A stretch of DNA of 64,000 nt from Diadema antillarum. Lineage: Eukaryota. The notes under the pieces are model-generated. The model saw nothing but the letters and a program-made list of their open reading frames with translations. It made no database searches and was not told where the DNA came from. Shown here piece by piece: positions 10,601 through 24,713 of this stretch. The first letter of the stretch is position 1. Every line of letters begins with the position of its first letter. The stretch lies in NCBI RefSeq assembly GCF_040938485.1, contig NW_027271391.1, positions 248,001 through 312,000 of the forward strand, written 5' to 3'. The translations under genes were made by a program, and so were the position numbers.

Positions 10601-13600
10601 TTGCCCCTTGAACCCCAGGAAGGTCAAGAGGAAAGCGAAGAAAGATGGCGATGATATGGCTGTTGTGAGTGAACTTTGTTGCTTTTTGCCCCAAATGCAA
10701 ATGTTTATTGTGTGCATTGTTACCATGTTTTGTTTTTTGTTTTGTTTTGTTTTAACTTATATTGCATAAATTCATTTGCAAAGTCACTGATGCTATCTAC
10801 AACCCTTTCTGCCAATATTGTATGATATTTTTCATGTCATATGCTTGCAATCCAATGCCTATGTAGTTTTGTGTCAGCTATTAAAGATTGACCAGTGTGT
10901 GTATGCCATTATGAAGACATAGTACCAGAGTTTTTAGATCCGAGTTACGGAAATGGTCTATATGTGGTCGTCTATGAGATGTGCTTGTTAAGTCTCCACC
11001 AAGGGATAGGTGGTCTTGTCAGAAATTATTATTTGAGAATGTGCAGGACTCATCAGTTGTGCAATGAAAACCTGCCTGCCAGCGGGTGTAGTATGTGGCA
11101 AGGGAGGACAAAAGCTTGAGCTGCAAATGTTCTGCCCCTTCCACTTTCCCCCCACCCCACCCCCTCATCAGTGCAATGTGTTACTGACTTCTCGATGCTC
11201 AGCTGAAGACTGATGTGGTCCCATCTCAAATTACAGGATGATGATGAGGCAGAGACCATGGAAGAAGGTCCCAGGATACTGGAGGTGGCTGACAGCCAGA
11301 GCCAAGAGTCCCTGCAGGCAGAGGCCGAACCAGACCCCATGGCCGGGGAGCAAACATGGCCAACGGAGGAAGAACTCGCTGAGGCCGAAGGTGAGAAAGA
11401 ATGTGTTGTTTCCTCTGTTGTGTGAGTTTGTGTGTGTAGGCTTGTGTAGAAATGCCATCAAAAGTTAGAAGTGCATGATAAAATGACCCATCTCAGAAGT
11501 ACCCATTTGACAACTTAGGACAGACAGTCCCTAAAGATGTTGTGCCATTTGAGTGGGTGCAGTAGGCTATGGATCAAATCAGAATGTGCTTCTAATGAGT
11601 CCATATGATGCAAAATGTCAATGGCATAATGCGTGGTGTAATTCTACGAGTTCTAAGGTATTTTGAAAGAATCAAGCAATTAAAATCATGCTAAGATTTT
11701 AAAAACTCACCACTGGAACCTGTGTATGTCTGTGTCTGTGTGTGTGTATGTTTGTGCATGTGTGTGTGTGTGTGTGTGTGTGTGCTTGTATGATGATGTG
11801 GATGTGGATTTTTCCCCCTTATTTGTGTACATGTATTTACAAGTGTATGCATGTCTGTTTGTCTGTTTATGCTCATGTTTGTGGAGGTGCACGGGGTTAT
11901 GACAGGGTGCAAAGAACTTTCCAAAAGAAGATGTGTCAATATTGTGCAGTTTCTGTATTGTTGATAAGAGGATATTTTCGCAAGAGTAATTTCTTTCATT
12001 CGTCAGTGAACCAAGCAGTGATGTCTGTTTTTCTCTTTTTCTCTGTGATGTAGCAGCCCTACAAGAGGAAAACAAGAAGCAGATCGTCAAGAGAGTACCA
12101 AAGGGCACGTCTGACTACCAGGCGACATGGATCGTTGAGAGCGATGACGATGAGGAAGATGATGAGGATGACGAGACTGGAGATGAAGAGGTATATTGGC
12201 TGCATTTCTCAGTCTAAATGTCGTCTACATGATATCACATTGCTCCATTGCATTCCATAGGAATTCAACTTGAGTATTGCACAACAACTCTGTCTCATTG
12301 TAACAAAGAGTAGAGAAAGTTCTGTAGTATTATAGAACACATGATTTATATAACTATGTGCAAAGTTAATTGCTCTCCACAATCTTTGTGCATTACAAGA
12401 CAGGATACATATTGGACTTCAAACATTTCCTGAGTTATGAATAGCATCATTCTATAAACATACCAGTCTTAATCTTTTTCAGGCCAAGCATCTCCCAGTG
12501 ACATGGGTTGGGGAGACATTCCAGATTGGGTTGATTGTATTTGTGCCTTCACCAGCTTTCAATCTCTGTTTACCAACAAGTATCTGTGAATATTAATGCC
12601 AGGTAATAACTCACTGATACCAGTGATAAATGATCCTCTGAATCTTAAGAATTTGATGTTATTATTCTTGACATTTTTTTTTCTATTTGCTGGGATTATT
12701 TTGTGATGGTCTACATCTATTTACAAACCCTGTAGGACAGTGAAGCTGAGGATGATGATGATGATGTTCCTATACCAGAATCAGCGGACTCAGAGTCAGT
12801 GGTTGGAGGTGGGACGGAGGCAGATGATATGGAGTTTGACACAGTGAGTGGGGACATTTACAGAGTTATATCTATGTGCGCACATATATTTGTGTGTATA
12901 TATGTATCTTTGTTTTGATGTACTTGCAGGTAGATAATTTGTAGGTGGGTGGGTGTAAAATCGATTTTTGTGTAAGCTTGAGAGAAAGATAGAAAGTATA
13001 AGTGTACAGATGGACATGTACTTCTTTTCAAGTTTTATTTTCATTCATCTCTTTCATTGAGGCTCTCAAAGAGGCTCTCAAGAGCCTCTATTGTTACATC
13101 TTAGCATCCTTTATACAGTGAGTTTTCTAGGCAGACGGCCTGCCCTACAATTGCCACTGAAGTCTGTTTCAATCACTTCACAAAGTAATCCTGTCATATC
13201 ATGACTTTCTGGCAATGTTAGTCATCACATTATTGCATGCATTTTCATACATGTAACTGAAATGCTGTGTTGTAATACTGAAGACTTTTAATGAAGTGTT
13301 AAGAGTATTGATGTGCTGACAGAATTGAGACAGTTCATGATTCACAACTTTCTAGCACTCTTATCTTATTGCCAGTAAAAATTAGTGGTAACAAATGGCG
13401 TGGATAAATAATCTAATATTTTGCCTCTCAATGCACTTTCTTTGATAGGTCAGCATCAGTGGCGGGAGCAAGGAGAGCTACGACGTCCATTTTGACGAGG
13501 AAGCAGAGCGGAAAATGTAAGCATCGATACTTCAAGTTTAGTCATTATCATTTTTTTGTTTTTGCCTTTGGTGATGTTTGTGCCTTTCTCTTCAATTTAG

Positions 13601-16600
13601 AGTAGGAGTAATTATGTTTTGCACCTTACAAGTTGAAGACATTTGGTGGGGAAATGATGGCATTTGTTTTTTCTTGGTCCCCTTCCCTGAAAGGCTCGAG
13701 AAGTACAGAGAAGAACGGATGAATGAAATGTTCCCAGATGAGATAGACACACCGATGCACACAAATGCCAGAGTGAGATTTGCAAGGTAAGAACAGGCAT
13801 TTGTCACATTACAGCAGAGAAAAAATAAGTATCACTTACAGGAACTGCATGTGCCATGTATCAAATCTAGAAGACATTATTGATTGTTAGAAGCAATGGG
13901 ATGATTCTGTTGCTGAAAGCTATTAAGTGTAGATACTTTCAATAATGTAATGTTAGGACAAGGTGTATGTCATTTTATGTATTTACAAGGGTGTTTATGA
14001 CTTGCTGTTGATTTGATGTGATAGATTTTCACATTTCAATGTAAAAGACAAAGTATTTGTGCCTTCGAGTGAACTGTGATATTTCAAAAAGTAGTCTCTG
14101 TTTTACTCATTTCTATGATTGCTTTCAAGTACTTGGAAGTATGTAGTTTCACATATCTTATGTAAGAAGAGTATTCTTACTATTTGTGGTTTTGTTTCTG
14201 TCAGGAACATATGAATTTTCGATGTAAACAATTTCAAAGAGATACTGTTTGGTAGTTTTTGCCTTATACCTTTGTGGTGTGCATGGCACAACATTTATTC
14301 AGGATATGGTGTTAGAGATTTCTATTCACTTTAGCCTCTTCCAAGTCCCTTCCCTCCCTCGATGCATTTAAAAAAAAAAATGTTTCCTCCTTCTTTCGAT
14401 ACCAGGTATCGGGGGTTGAAGAGCTTCCGCACATCACCGTGGGACCCGAAGGAAAACCTCCCCCATGACTACGCCAGGATCTTCCAGTTTGAGAGCTTTG
14501 ACAGGACCAAGAAAAGGGTGCTGGCCACCAAGAGCGACAGTTTGGCCGAGGTGAGTCCGCAGACGACAGCACCGTCACTTGTGTTCCCGTAGTAATTGGT
14601 GGTTGATTGCAACACCTCTGACTAGTGTGCAAAGGTAACAAGTCACAAATTTTGTGCACTGATTAGTGACACACTTACTGCAAAATTCTGTTAGGATAAA
14701 TTTATCAACTACCTGCAGATGTTCCATACTGACATTGCAACAATGTGTGACTCTGGTATCAGCTTGTATACGTACATAGAAAAGATAATGTCTGTTTTGT
14801 GGCACAATATGTAGGGATGGCTGTGTACAGAAGTTGCAGATATCCATTCGTCTTCTGATGAGACTTACTGTAAAACCTGACATGTTTGCTTGCATGAAAC
14901 TTTTGCAAATTTCGCAAGGAGCCAAGAATCACGAAAGTTTTTTGTATGTACACAATGCATTGAATGCCAGTCACCAATTCATGAAAGTTACATGCCACGA
15001 AAAAGGGCGTCGGCCCCAATTCGCAAAAGTTTCATGCCGCAAATGTTTCTGGTTTTACAGTATTGTTTGTGGGATAACCTGTGACCATCAGGCAGGTATT
15101 AGAAACTGTCATCCATGATCAAAAGTCACTCTCTACCATGCTTTATGCAACTAGCAGACCGGTGTAATTGCCATGAAGATGCTATAGCTGTTGTTGAATC
15201 TGCAGTCGATAACCACTGTGGCAGCATGAGGAATAAGAATTATTTGTATTCGAGAGAATATTAAGAGATTTCCCACCTAAGAGATGATGTGCACGACATT
15301 TCTGTTAAGGCAGTCAATATTTCCATGACTTGTTTATCTCACATATATTGATGAACTATTGAAATTCACAAAAACAAATAGACTGTGAAATGTATGGCAT
15401 ATGCAGTAGACAGCTATGTACATTTCACCTCAAACCATGATATGACGGTATGCACCCCTCCCTGCTTGCTGGTATGTCAGGATGTGACAGTGGTTTAGTT
15501 AGATGTTCTTGTGACATCGTGTACAAGTCATTCTTGTTTCGACCACAGATGCATTATATTCTAGTGAAAGCACTACATTTTTTTTTTTTTTTTTGCTGCC
15601 ATGGATTGTGAAGTTGCTTTTGTTATATATGCTCGTATTCTCTATTGCTGTTTCTTTATTGATGGGAATCAACATATTTGTGAATTTATTCACTTTTATT
15701 CACTTGTTTAGTAATATATTTGTCTTTGCTTTCCAGGTTGGCAACTATGTCACTATCCACGTATCAGATGTGCCTAGAAGTGTCTTTGGTGAGTATAAAC
15801 ATAATCTGTTGTATGAAATTAATGAATTCTTGCATTTGAGTTGGTTTTATTGCAACTGATTAACAAATTAACCTTACAGTAGACCGCTGGTTTGAATCCG
15901 ACACGAGTATATATTCCCATAATTTTTAATCACGGCTACTAATAAAAAACTGAAAAATCGGTGGATAGTTACGTCGATAACGGCAATTTGCCAATCAGTT
16001 GCAATAAAATGTATTGTTTACCTTCTTGAATGTTATCATGAAAGGATATTTTGATGTGCAGCTAAATATGCTAAACACTTTCTTGAGTTTTCTTTGCAGT
16101 AGGATATTTAAATTTGCAGCTAATAAAGCTGAACAGAATTAACAAGTGTTCCGTGAGGTGAGTGGTGGACAGTGCATTGAAATTTCACAGGAGTGGACTG
16201 TTATTAGTGTTTGCATTGCTTTACATTCTGTCTTCTGCTACACTTTGCACTTAGTAGTCAGGGTGTGTAATATGCTCTTTATATCTAGATGTACTCTAGA
16301 ATGCTCATTGCTGTCCTCTGTTCATCATTGTCATTATCAATCTTATGGAGTGACTGTATTATTGTCCCCGCCGAACGAGTTCGAGCAGGGGACTATGAAA
16401 CGGGCTCCGTACGTGTGTGTGTCCGTGTGTCCGTCCGTCCGTCCGTCCGTGTGTCCGTGTGTCCGTGTGTGCGTCCGTGTGTGATCAAAATCTTCAATTT
16501 GCTACTTCTCTGTCATTTATGAGCCAATTTTGATTCTGTTTGCTTTATATGATAGCACTACATGGGAGCTTTGAAACTTCTACACAGAATTTCAGTCGTG

Positions 16601-19600
16601 ACCTTTGACCTTGACCTTTGACCTATATTGTACATTTTGCTACAAAATGCTACTCCTTCGCCATTTCTAACCCGATTTCGATTCCGTTTGCTTTATGTGA
16701 TGGCACTAGGTGAGGGCTTCAAAACTTCTACACAGAATTTTGACCTTTGACTTCTTTGACCTTTGACCTTGATTTTTGACCTATATTGTACATTTTGCTA
16801 CGAAATGCTACTCCTTCGCCATTTTTAACCCGATTTCGATTCCGTTTACTTTATATGATGGCACTAGTTGAGGGCTTCAAAAATTCTACACAGAATTTTG
16901 ACCTTTGACTTCTTTGACCTTTGACCTTGATTTTTGACCTATATTGTGCATTTTGCTACAGAATGCTACTCCTTCGCCATTTCTAACCCGATTTCGATTC
17001 CGTTTGCTTTATGTGATAGCACTAGGTGAGGGCTTCAAAACTTCTACACAGAATTTTGACCTTTGTCTTCTTTGACCTTTGACCTTGATTTTTGACCTAT
17101 ATTGTACATTGGCTACAAAATGCTACTCCTTCGCCATTTCTAACCCAATTTCGATTCCATTTGCTTTATGTGATGGCACTAGGTGAGGGCTTCAAAACTT
17201 CTACACAGAATTTTGACCTTTGACTTCTTTGACCTTTGACCTTGATTTTTTACCTATATTGCACATTTTGTTACAAAATGCTACTTCCGGCGGGGACATA
17301 TGTTACGCACCGCGTAATTTCTACTTTTCCTTGTCTTATTTGTGATCTCTCTCATTTCAATATTGCTCATTTTGATGTACCCAGTAAAGATTAATGCTCT
17401 TGTTCTCTTTTGTTTGTGACTATTGTAATTGCAGATGACTACGATCCATTACATTCCCTGGTGGTGTTTGGCTTGCTGGCTCATGAACAGAAGGTGTCTA
17501 TTTCATTATCTGCAGTATATATCTTTATCATTATCTCAGTATAGCCCTTGAATATTATTATATCTCTTTCATTTTCTTCAGTATATCTCTTTCATTCTTT
17601 TGATTATGTTTCTTGTGTATTTGCTTTGGTATATCTCTTTTATATGTGTAAATATATCTCTTTCGTTCTCTTTGGTGTATATCCCCAGCCACGTTTATGT
17701 CCAATGTCTCATAAAAACGTCGGTTCGGTTGTGGTTTGTACCACTTGTTTATTTCAGCTCTAACCCTCTTTGGTTGGATAAACTTCCCTTTGCCTGAATT
17801 GTAACAAATTTGAAAGGCGTGGCAATTTATTGTTCTTTTACAGGCACATACACACCTGTTCATCAAATCAAAATATGAAAAAGTACATTCAAATGCCAAT
17901 TAATAAGTGTGCCTTAAAGATATTGCTCTAATCATCAAAAGTATGACAATTTTATTTTCATTTTTTTTTTTTTTTTGGGGGGGGGTCATTGCCTTACCAG
18001 CAACATATGCAAAGTTGAGAAGCATTCATGGAAGTTGTTACCCTTGTCTACACCATGGCTTTAAATTGCAGATGTCTGTACTTCACTTCACCATCAGGAG
18101 GCATCCAGATTTCACTGATCCTATCAAGTCAAAGGTGAGTGACAAAGTGTGCTTAGATTGTCAGAGGTCGAGATGAGGCACAGTGGATTTAAAAGCTGTA
18201 CTGAAAGTTTACTAAAAAGTTACAGAAAGGAGGAAACTGGAAATGCTTTTCCTCTCCCCCATAACATTCTGCCCCTCTGTTAAAGGAAACCAAAACCCAA
18301 AGAGAAATGTGGATTGCGTGAAAGCAGCAACATTAGTAGAACTCATCAGTGAAAGTTTGAGGAAAATTGGACAGTCAATGCAAAAGTTATGAATTTTTTA
18401 AGTTTTGGTTTTGGAACCGCTGGACGAGGAGACTACTAATGTAAAGAAAATATAAAGGGAATTCCACAAAAATTCATTTTTCATGAAAATTACAAATTCT
18501 GTCTACTTGATACTGACATGTTAAGGGTAACAATTATCCCCCCTGCTTTCTGAAAACGGTTGGTCAAGTGCTCTTTCATTGTGCTAGAAAAGTGAATTTT
18601 TTTGGAATTCATCCTTACTGAATCATAGGTATACTTTTTTACAAGTTTTTTGTTTTTTTTAACCTGTTAGACCATAGAAATATGTTGCCATTATTTAAGG
18701 GTGACATACAGATTTGGCTATATACTTGGTGAAGGAAATTTGTGAAACTAAATTTGTGGAAATGCAAGTATAGAAACATGTTCACAACAGAGGGCCCACA
18801 TCACCAAAGTGATGTCCTTCCCCCCACATCTCTTGTATGCATAAGCAGTGAAATCATATGTGTTCCTTGAATTCTGAGACTGTTTTGTACATGATATTAA
18901 ATTTGCATTGCAGGAGCCGCTGATATTTCAGGTTGGGTATCGGCGATTCAGGGCAGGACCAATCTTCTCCCAGCACACGTCTGGAGGCAAGCACAAGGTA
19001 GGAAGAGTACAGCTGCCGTATCAGTAAATAAACACAGATTTTTCTTTTTTTTTCCTGGTGTCTCTACTGATACCACAGTGTTATGTTTGTGTCAAACAAA
19101 ACATTTCCGCTCTCTGCACCTTGGTTATTATCTCAACTTCTTTAATCCCACAGCTTTGTTCAATGTAGAGCTCCATCATAATTGCTTGTGCTTTTGCTTG
19201 GCTTTGTTATCCCATGCTGCTGACATATTACAATTGTATGATTATGATCTTGTGTTTCTTTTTCTTTCCAACACAATGTAATATTTGTACCATAAATGAT
19301 GTTGTATAAGGTGCACCTGTGTATACACCGCACTCCATTTTTTCCGTTGCCGGGAAAAAAACAAGGAAAAATAAGCACCCTATCAGCAGTGCTGATGGGC
19401 ACCAAGATTGCTGACATATTGAATGAATTGATTGTAATGTTTGGGAATGAAAATTTGCTGATTTCTATGCTGATTAAGGAAAAAAAAAGACAACAAATAC
19501 ACAATAGAATGCCTAGTAAAAAGGCAGGAAAATAGCAGCGGTTGAAGAAACCGTTTGCTGTTTTTTGCTCTAATTTGTACTTGTTGTACCTGTGCGTGCA

Positions 19601-22600
19601 CATATGCCAGGATACAGTAGTGGGTGAAGTTAACGCCTGCAGTGCTAGGTATACAAAGGAGCGATTATAGTGAACACCTGCAGTGCTAGGTATACAAAGG
19701 TATTTTGACTTTTGAATATAATTTTCTTCTCATTGCTGTTGATCTCACCACAGTATGAAAGGTTTCTACCCAAAGACTCTGCTGTCACAGTGGCCAGCGT
19801 GTTTGCCCCCATCATGTTCCCACCTTCCACCGTCCTGGTCTTCAAAGAGCTCCCAGATGGTGAGTGCCAAGTATCAGATTTCTGCAAAAACAAGAAATTA
19901 ATTCCTGCATCTGTCTTGCATTTTGGGCAGACTCACTCATATCACAAACAACAAGAAACCAAAACAAGGAAACATGCTTTGTATGAAAAACAAAACAAAA
20001 CAAAACAAAAAGCAAAAGATTATCTTAAATTTTGTTAGCATGATTAGTGTTTAAAATTTTCCCACTTTTTACCCAGAATATGATCATCACCTTTGAAATA
20101 GGAATGTCTTCTTTTTTCTATGGTGGGGGTTTTGTTATTTTTACTGTGTAGCTGTATGCATATGTTTTGATCTGCAGAAGTTTGTAGCCCTGACTCGAGG
20201 TCTGCTCTTAATGTGCTTAAAGAAAGTTAATCAATATTCTCACATGACCACACATGTGTATGTTTCTATTCTCCATGATTATCCCACCTTCAAAGTTTTC
20301 AATAATGTCTGCTGTAGAGATGTAGTTAGATTTGGCCTATAATAATGGCCTTAATGTAACAAAATGTACACTGGATTGATTGGATAAATACCATCGAATC
20401 CCAATAAATCAATTAAAAAGCATCACATGATGTGTACACCATTGTGTTTTCTCTTCCTGATGTGAGTGCTAAAATGCAGCTGTTCTCATCCTTCTACTTT
20501 TAGGTACGCACAACCTGGTTGCCACGGGAACCTTGCTGGGGGTCAATCCGGACAGGATAGTGGTCAAGAGGGTCGTCCTCAGTGGTCATCCCTTCAAGAT
20601 CATCAACAGACAGGCTGTGGTCAGATACATGTTCTTCAACAGAGGTTAGAGAGGAAGAACATGTTCATCTTTTGACATAAACGTATGCAGAAATGGAGAC
20701 AATGATGAAATTTCTCTTTTCATATAATGCTCTTGAAAATTTTGCATCAGTTTCCCTATATTGTCTGGCTGCATAATTATGCTAGGATGACTTCCTTAAT
20801 TGGCTTCTAGGTGTGTGTGCATTTGGTAGGGTTTTCTTCAATAGCCAAGTTTCATAATGCAGGCTATTGTCCATTTACAGCTCACTAGTATAGGAAAGCA
20901 TTCAATGTGTATGTGTTATAGTAGTGTCAGTCCATCACCCCTCTATCCTTCTTTCAAGGAAGCCAAATTTACCTTGTACATTTGAAATCAACAAGCCTGT
21001 ATTGAAGTTCTATCACACAGGACACATTGACCATGTTTTGTTATCATTCAGACCTCTTTGATCTGAATGTGTTTGCCTTCAGTGGTGTACGTACCAAGTT
21101 GAGTGTGTGTCAGTTTGTCTGTAGTTGTTTGTATCCTCTTGTGTGATTTGTGTTTGCATTCAGTGTTGTATGTACGAAGTTGGATGTTGTCTGTTTGTCT
21201 GTTTGTTTGTGATTGTTCACACCCCTGTCTGGCAGGGACGTGCTAGTGAAGATTTCTAATCTCTCATTGCAGGATAATTACCGATATGCTTATCACAGCA
21301 ACCTTGCTGTGCAGTTATCATTCTGATACCTTTCCACCTAACGTGTATACATTGGGGTGTATGTAACAAGTATATAGGTGTGTGTCTGTGTGTTGTGATT
21401 GTATGTGTGTGTTTGTGTGTGCCCATGTCTCCTTCTGCAAGGGACCTATCTCTCATTCATCACTGATTTCTAATCTTCCACTTCTTTACAGAGGACATCA
21501 TGTGGTTCAAGCCCATTGAGCTGCGCACCAAGTGGGGCAGGAGGGGCCACATCAGAGAGCCACTGGGTAAGATTTATCACCTCCCCCCCCCCCCTTGTAG
21601 TCCATATCCAAAGACATTTCCACCACTTAGCTGCAAGAGGGGCATTCACAGGGGCCTCATATATACTGCAATAGGCAAGCACACAATCATGTTAATTGAC
21701 AGGCATTGAATTGTTTTTTTGCTAGGCAAGAAGGCAGGTGCAATATGTTCGTAGCACCTTGAAAGAATGGCTGAAAGAATGTGGCAATTACTGTTTATTA
21801 ATAGTTCCCTCTGGAATTTTCACCACATTTCATGCACGAGTTACATTTGCTGTCAGAAGAATATGTGGCTGAGTTTAGCTCCAACTGCTGCAGCCTTTGC
21901 ACTTAGAATTGGAAGCGTTTACTGAATTTCCTCTGACCTTCTCTGAATGTTTAAAGACATCTGCTTATTTCACTCTTATCTATCTTTAATATGGAAGGCT
22001 AACAGTGAATACTAAGCATTATGATAAAAACATACAGTGCCATACCATGGAAATGTGGTTACTGATACATACTGTATTTACCATGTATTTAGCAAGTCTA
22101 ATGTTTCATGAATCGATACTTCCAGACATTTTCTTGAGTGGTTAAATTCGCGATCTTGTAGTGCAGTACTGAATGGAAAAAATGTGTGTGGGCTGTCCCA
22201 CTCATGTCAATATCAAGAGTTCATATTTTCGTGTGTTTTTAATTTGCAAATAGCGCCTTACTCGCGAAAAATGACACACACTAGTCATAATACAAAGAGT
22301 CGGTTTTTATTAGGGACACCTGTATAAAACATTGGCCTGTGAGGTGAAGGTGTTGGTTGCTACAAAACGTGTGACCCTTCTTAGTTCTAATTGGAGTCCA
22401 AGAATAGCTCATAAGGTATGTTTTCTCCACAGAGTGCTCGAATGTTCCCAATCTGGCATGGCATGGTATGGTATGGTACACTAAGGTATGGTTTGGTTTA
22501 GTCAAGTTCACTTTTGAGCACTTGAATAGGACCAATGTCACTTGTTTCTACTCTGACTACCTCTCTCCCACCTCTCCCTCCAGGCACCCATGGCCACATG

Positions 22601-22756
22601 AAGTGCATCTTTGATGGCAAGATGAAGTCTCAGGACACGGTGCTGATGAACCTCTACAAGCGCATGTACCCCAAGTGGACCTACGACCCGGTGGGGTGGC
22701 GCTCACTGAATGTGACAGCCCCTGTCCCCATGACGACGGAGGATGAGATGGAATAA
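4602..22756 (+). CDS. TSR1: Pre-rRNA-processing protein TSR1 homolog (40S biogenesis factor, BMS1/TSR1 family), 22 coding exons, ~813 aa
   Basis: Exons: 4602-4704, 5188-5258, 6785-6868, 7664-7779, 8294-8486, 9133-9203, 9953-10109, 10476-10664, 11237-11390, 12054-12190, 12736-12843, 13449-13516, 13694-13786, 14406-14550, 15737-15788, 17435-17493, 18072-18134, 18914-18997, 19754-19859, 20504-20644, 21492-21566, 22584-22756. All introns are GT-AG and phase-consistent, totalling 2442 nt. Diagnostic motifs: [96 protein letters not shown]. An in-frame upstream ATG at 4596 is an alternative start. Confidence 0.97.
6575..6590 (-). promoter_or_regulatory. CTCF-like motif in TSR1 intron 2
   Basis: The minus strand reads ACAACAGGGGGCGCTA, close to the CTCF core CCACCAGGGGGCGCTA. 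This is a motif match only. Confidence 0.3.
6889..7072. mobile_element. pogo/Tigger-like MITE
   Basis: TA|CAGTGGACTCCCGTTATAACAAA at the left end and TTCGTTGTAACGGGAGTGCACTG at the right end form imperfect TIRs. A truncated relative occurs near 42527 (TACAGTTGACTCCCATGATAATGAAATCCTTGGGAC). Confidence 0.7.
14868..15060. mobile_element. Tc1/mariner-like MITE with TA target-site duplication
   Basis: TA|CTGTAAAACC...GCATGAAACTTTTGC at the left and GCAAAAGTTTCATGC...GGTTTTACAG|TA at the right give an imperfect TIR of about 40 bp. Confidence 0.8.
16359..17324 (+). mobile_element. pearl/Tsp/HINE (DINE-1-like, Helentron-type) non-autonomous element with an internal ~158-bp tandem array
   Basis: Subterminal inverted repeat TGTCCCCGCCG (16363-16373) / CGGCGGGGACA (17288-17298). 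A (GT)/(CCGT)n microsatellite follows the 5' end. About 5 tandem units start at TTCTACACAGAATTT (16578, 16726, 16884, 17042, 17199). A 3' hairpin TTACGC-ACC-GCGTAA (17303-17317) is followed by CTAC and a T-run. Confidence 0.75.
18280..18617. mobile_element. Two adjacent Kolobok-like MITE remnants
   Basis: A TTAAAGG start at 18280. A second unit has inverted ends AAGGGAATTCCACAAAAATTCA ... TGAATTTTTTTGGAATTCATCCTT. Confidence 0.4.
19636..19700. repeat. 24-bp direct repeat (period 41 bp) just upstream of TSR1 exon 19
   Basis: CCTGCAGTGCTAGGTATACAAAGG at 19636-19659 and 19677-19700. Confidence 0.85.
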
Positions 22757-24713
22757 CAGCTGCCCGAGTCTCAACTCCTTTCCCAGCCACACTTGCTTTT
22801 GCATCCAGGACTTCCCCTTTTCATCATGCATATCCCAGCAACTGCAACCTTGGAATATTGGAATATTACCATTCACTGTGGACATAGATAGGCAACATCC
22901 GTTCACTACGGAGCATTTGAAGTGTTGCCATGGGAACTGCATTGATTGCAATGGAGATCAAGTCCTATAAGTAGTGAAACTTGACTCAGAATTCGTGGAT
23001 TTTTTTTCCTCCTTTTTTTTTTTTAAGAGCCAGGTATCTGTGTGCATGATTAGTCTTGGTATCATTTTGTATCTTTTATTCACACTTCATCATGCATGCG
23101 AAACTTGAAAGGCCATTGCACAATTTAGACAAAGGACTGGGTGACTGTGTCTACATTGTAACCAAATGATATATATTTATATGTATATACAATGTATTTT
23201 TTTTTAAATCACCTCTTTTGGTAGAGATTGTTCTATTAACTGACTCTGCAGCAATATGCTTTAAGATGATGACAAAGAATTGCCATATTCTTCATGTTGC
23301 TGCTGCTGCTACTGATGATAGAGAAACTGCTGTACAAGCTGCTACACCATATACTTGTTGCGTATTGATTTTAAGGTACCAATACCTACTTTCCATTGCC
23401 ACATAGGAATATCTTTCTGGAATTAAATAGAGTTTATGTCATGATGTAGCATTCAATAATTGTGGAAAGAAAACTATTTTTATCCAAAATTACTTTCTGG
23501 ATAAATTGTTTGTTGAGATTTTCAGTAGACAGTTCTGTGCATGTACAGGGAGATTTGAAGCCTTTTTTAAACAAACACGAATGGTTCAAACATAGCTGTT
23601 TGTGAGCAATTTTTAGCATTATTGAAGGAGACTGGCTGTCACAGAGCAGTTGATGTCTTATTTATGTATATTTTTTTCTTCTTGCAATATTAGCTCATAC
23701 CATGGCCAAGATTTACATACTACCTGTATAATCAGCAAGAACTGGGAGTAAATCTAGCTTTACATTGTTGTAAAATTTGTGAACAACCTTAAAAGATAAA
23801 TAAGAACTTTACCAGTTTGGAGATTCCAATATAAAACAAAGAGTTATGATGCAGTCACAGACGTAGCCTACAAAGTGTCTTGATATGTATGCCCAAGGTG
23901 TCAGCAAACTTGGTCAATAAACTCATGAATTTACCTCATGAAATTAGAAGAATTTAGATGGTGAAGGCGTGTGAATTTCTGTGTCTTGTTTGAGCATATA
24001 ATTTTCTACTCACTCTGGTTACTTTTGTGCTCATACATTTGTATTTGTTTTTAAAGCAAGTGTGTTGTGGACTGATTGCATCATAAATCTCATCTCTTGC
24101 TAGTTTACCAATAAATGTACTGTTCAGGGTTTGCACAATGGCCCCAACACATGGTTTCTCCTTTAGTTTAAAAAAAAGCATGAATTTGCATTATACAGTG
24201 GAACCTTGTTACAATGAGATTGGATATTGCAAGATACTTATGTAAGAAAGTAATTTTGCAAGTTCCATGCCATATACATCATAGATTATTCACTTTCATC
24301 CCTGACACACAGATAACCAGATGTAATCTGGAGATTTCATTGGTCCAATTAAAGCTGCCTGTTGTAACCTTTAACCTTGTACAGTATGTCCCCCAAAAAA
24401 ATTACAATGGGACCCAATATCTTTAAAAACAGTGAATCAATCTAAATACAAATTCAGTGTATGAAACTATAACTCATTGCCCACATGTTACAGAAAATCC
24501 CATTCGATTTGCTTTAGTAGTCAAAGAGAAATGAGGAATTTTGTAGAGGATGTCGGGAATCTCTTCCCTCCAAGTTCTGTCTAATGTTCACACAGAAGAG
24601 CATTGAATTGCTAAAATTGGAAGAATCAGACTCATGACATGCTTTACAAAAATCTACATTTCTCTGTGACTGCTCAACCAAAATGAATGGGGTTTTCTGC
24701 AAAATAGAGCTAA

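Noticed and set aside
11691-12108. ORFs rich in HT/VC dipeptides (also 16146-16484 and 56420-56964)
   Set aside because: Translations of (CA)/(GT) microsatellites.
4705-22583. Intronic C/D-box snoRNAs in TSR1 (human TSR1 hosts SNORD91A/B); the best candidate was ATGATGA at 9459 with CTGA at 9549
   Set aside because: No convincing terminal stem or recognisable rRNA-antisense element by eye. An Infernal/Rfam or snoscan search of the introns is needed to settle it.
22926-22939. RFX X-box-like GTTGCCATGGGAAC (similar half-sites at 25390 and 57520)
   Set aside because: Imperfect, located in 3' UTR or intergenic DNA, and expected by chance at this degeneracy.
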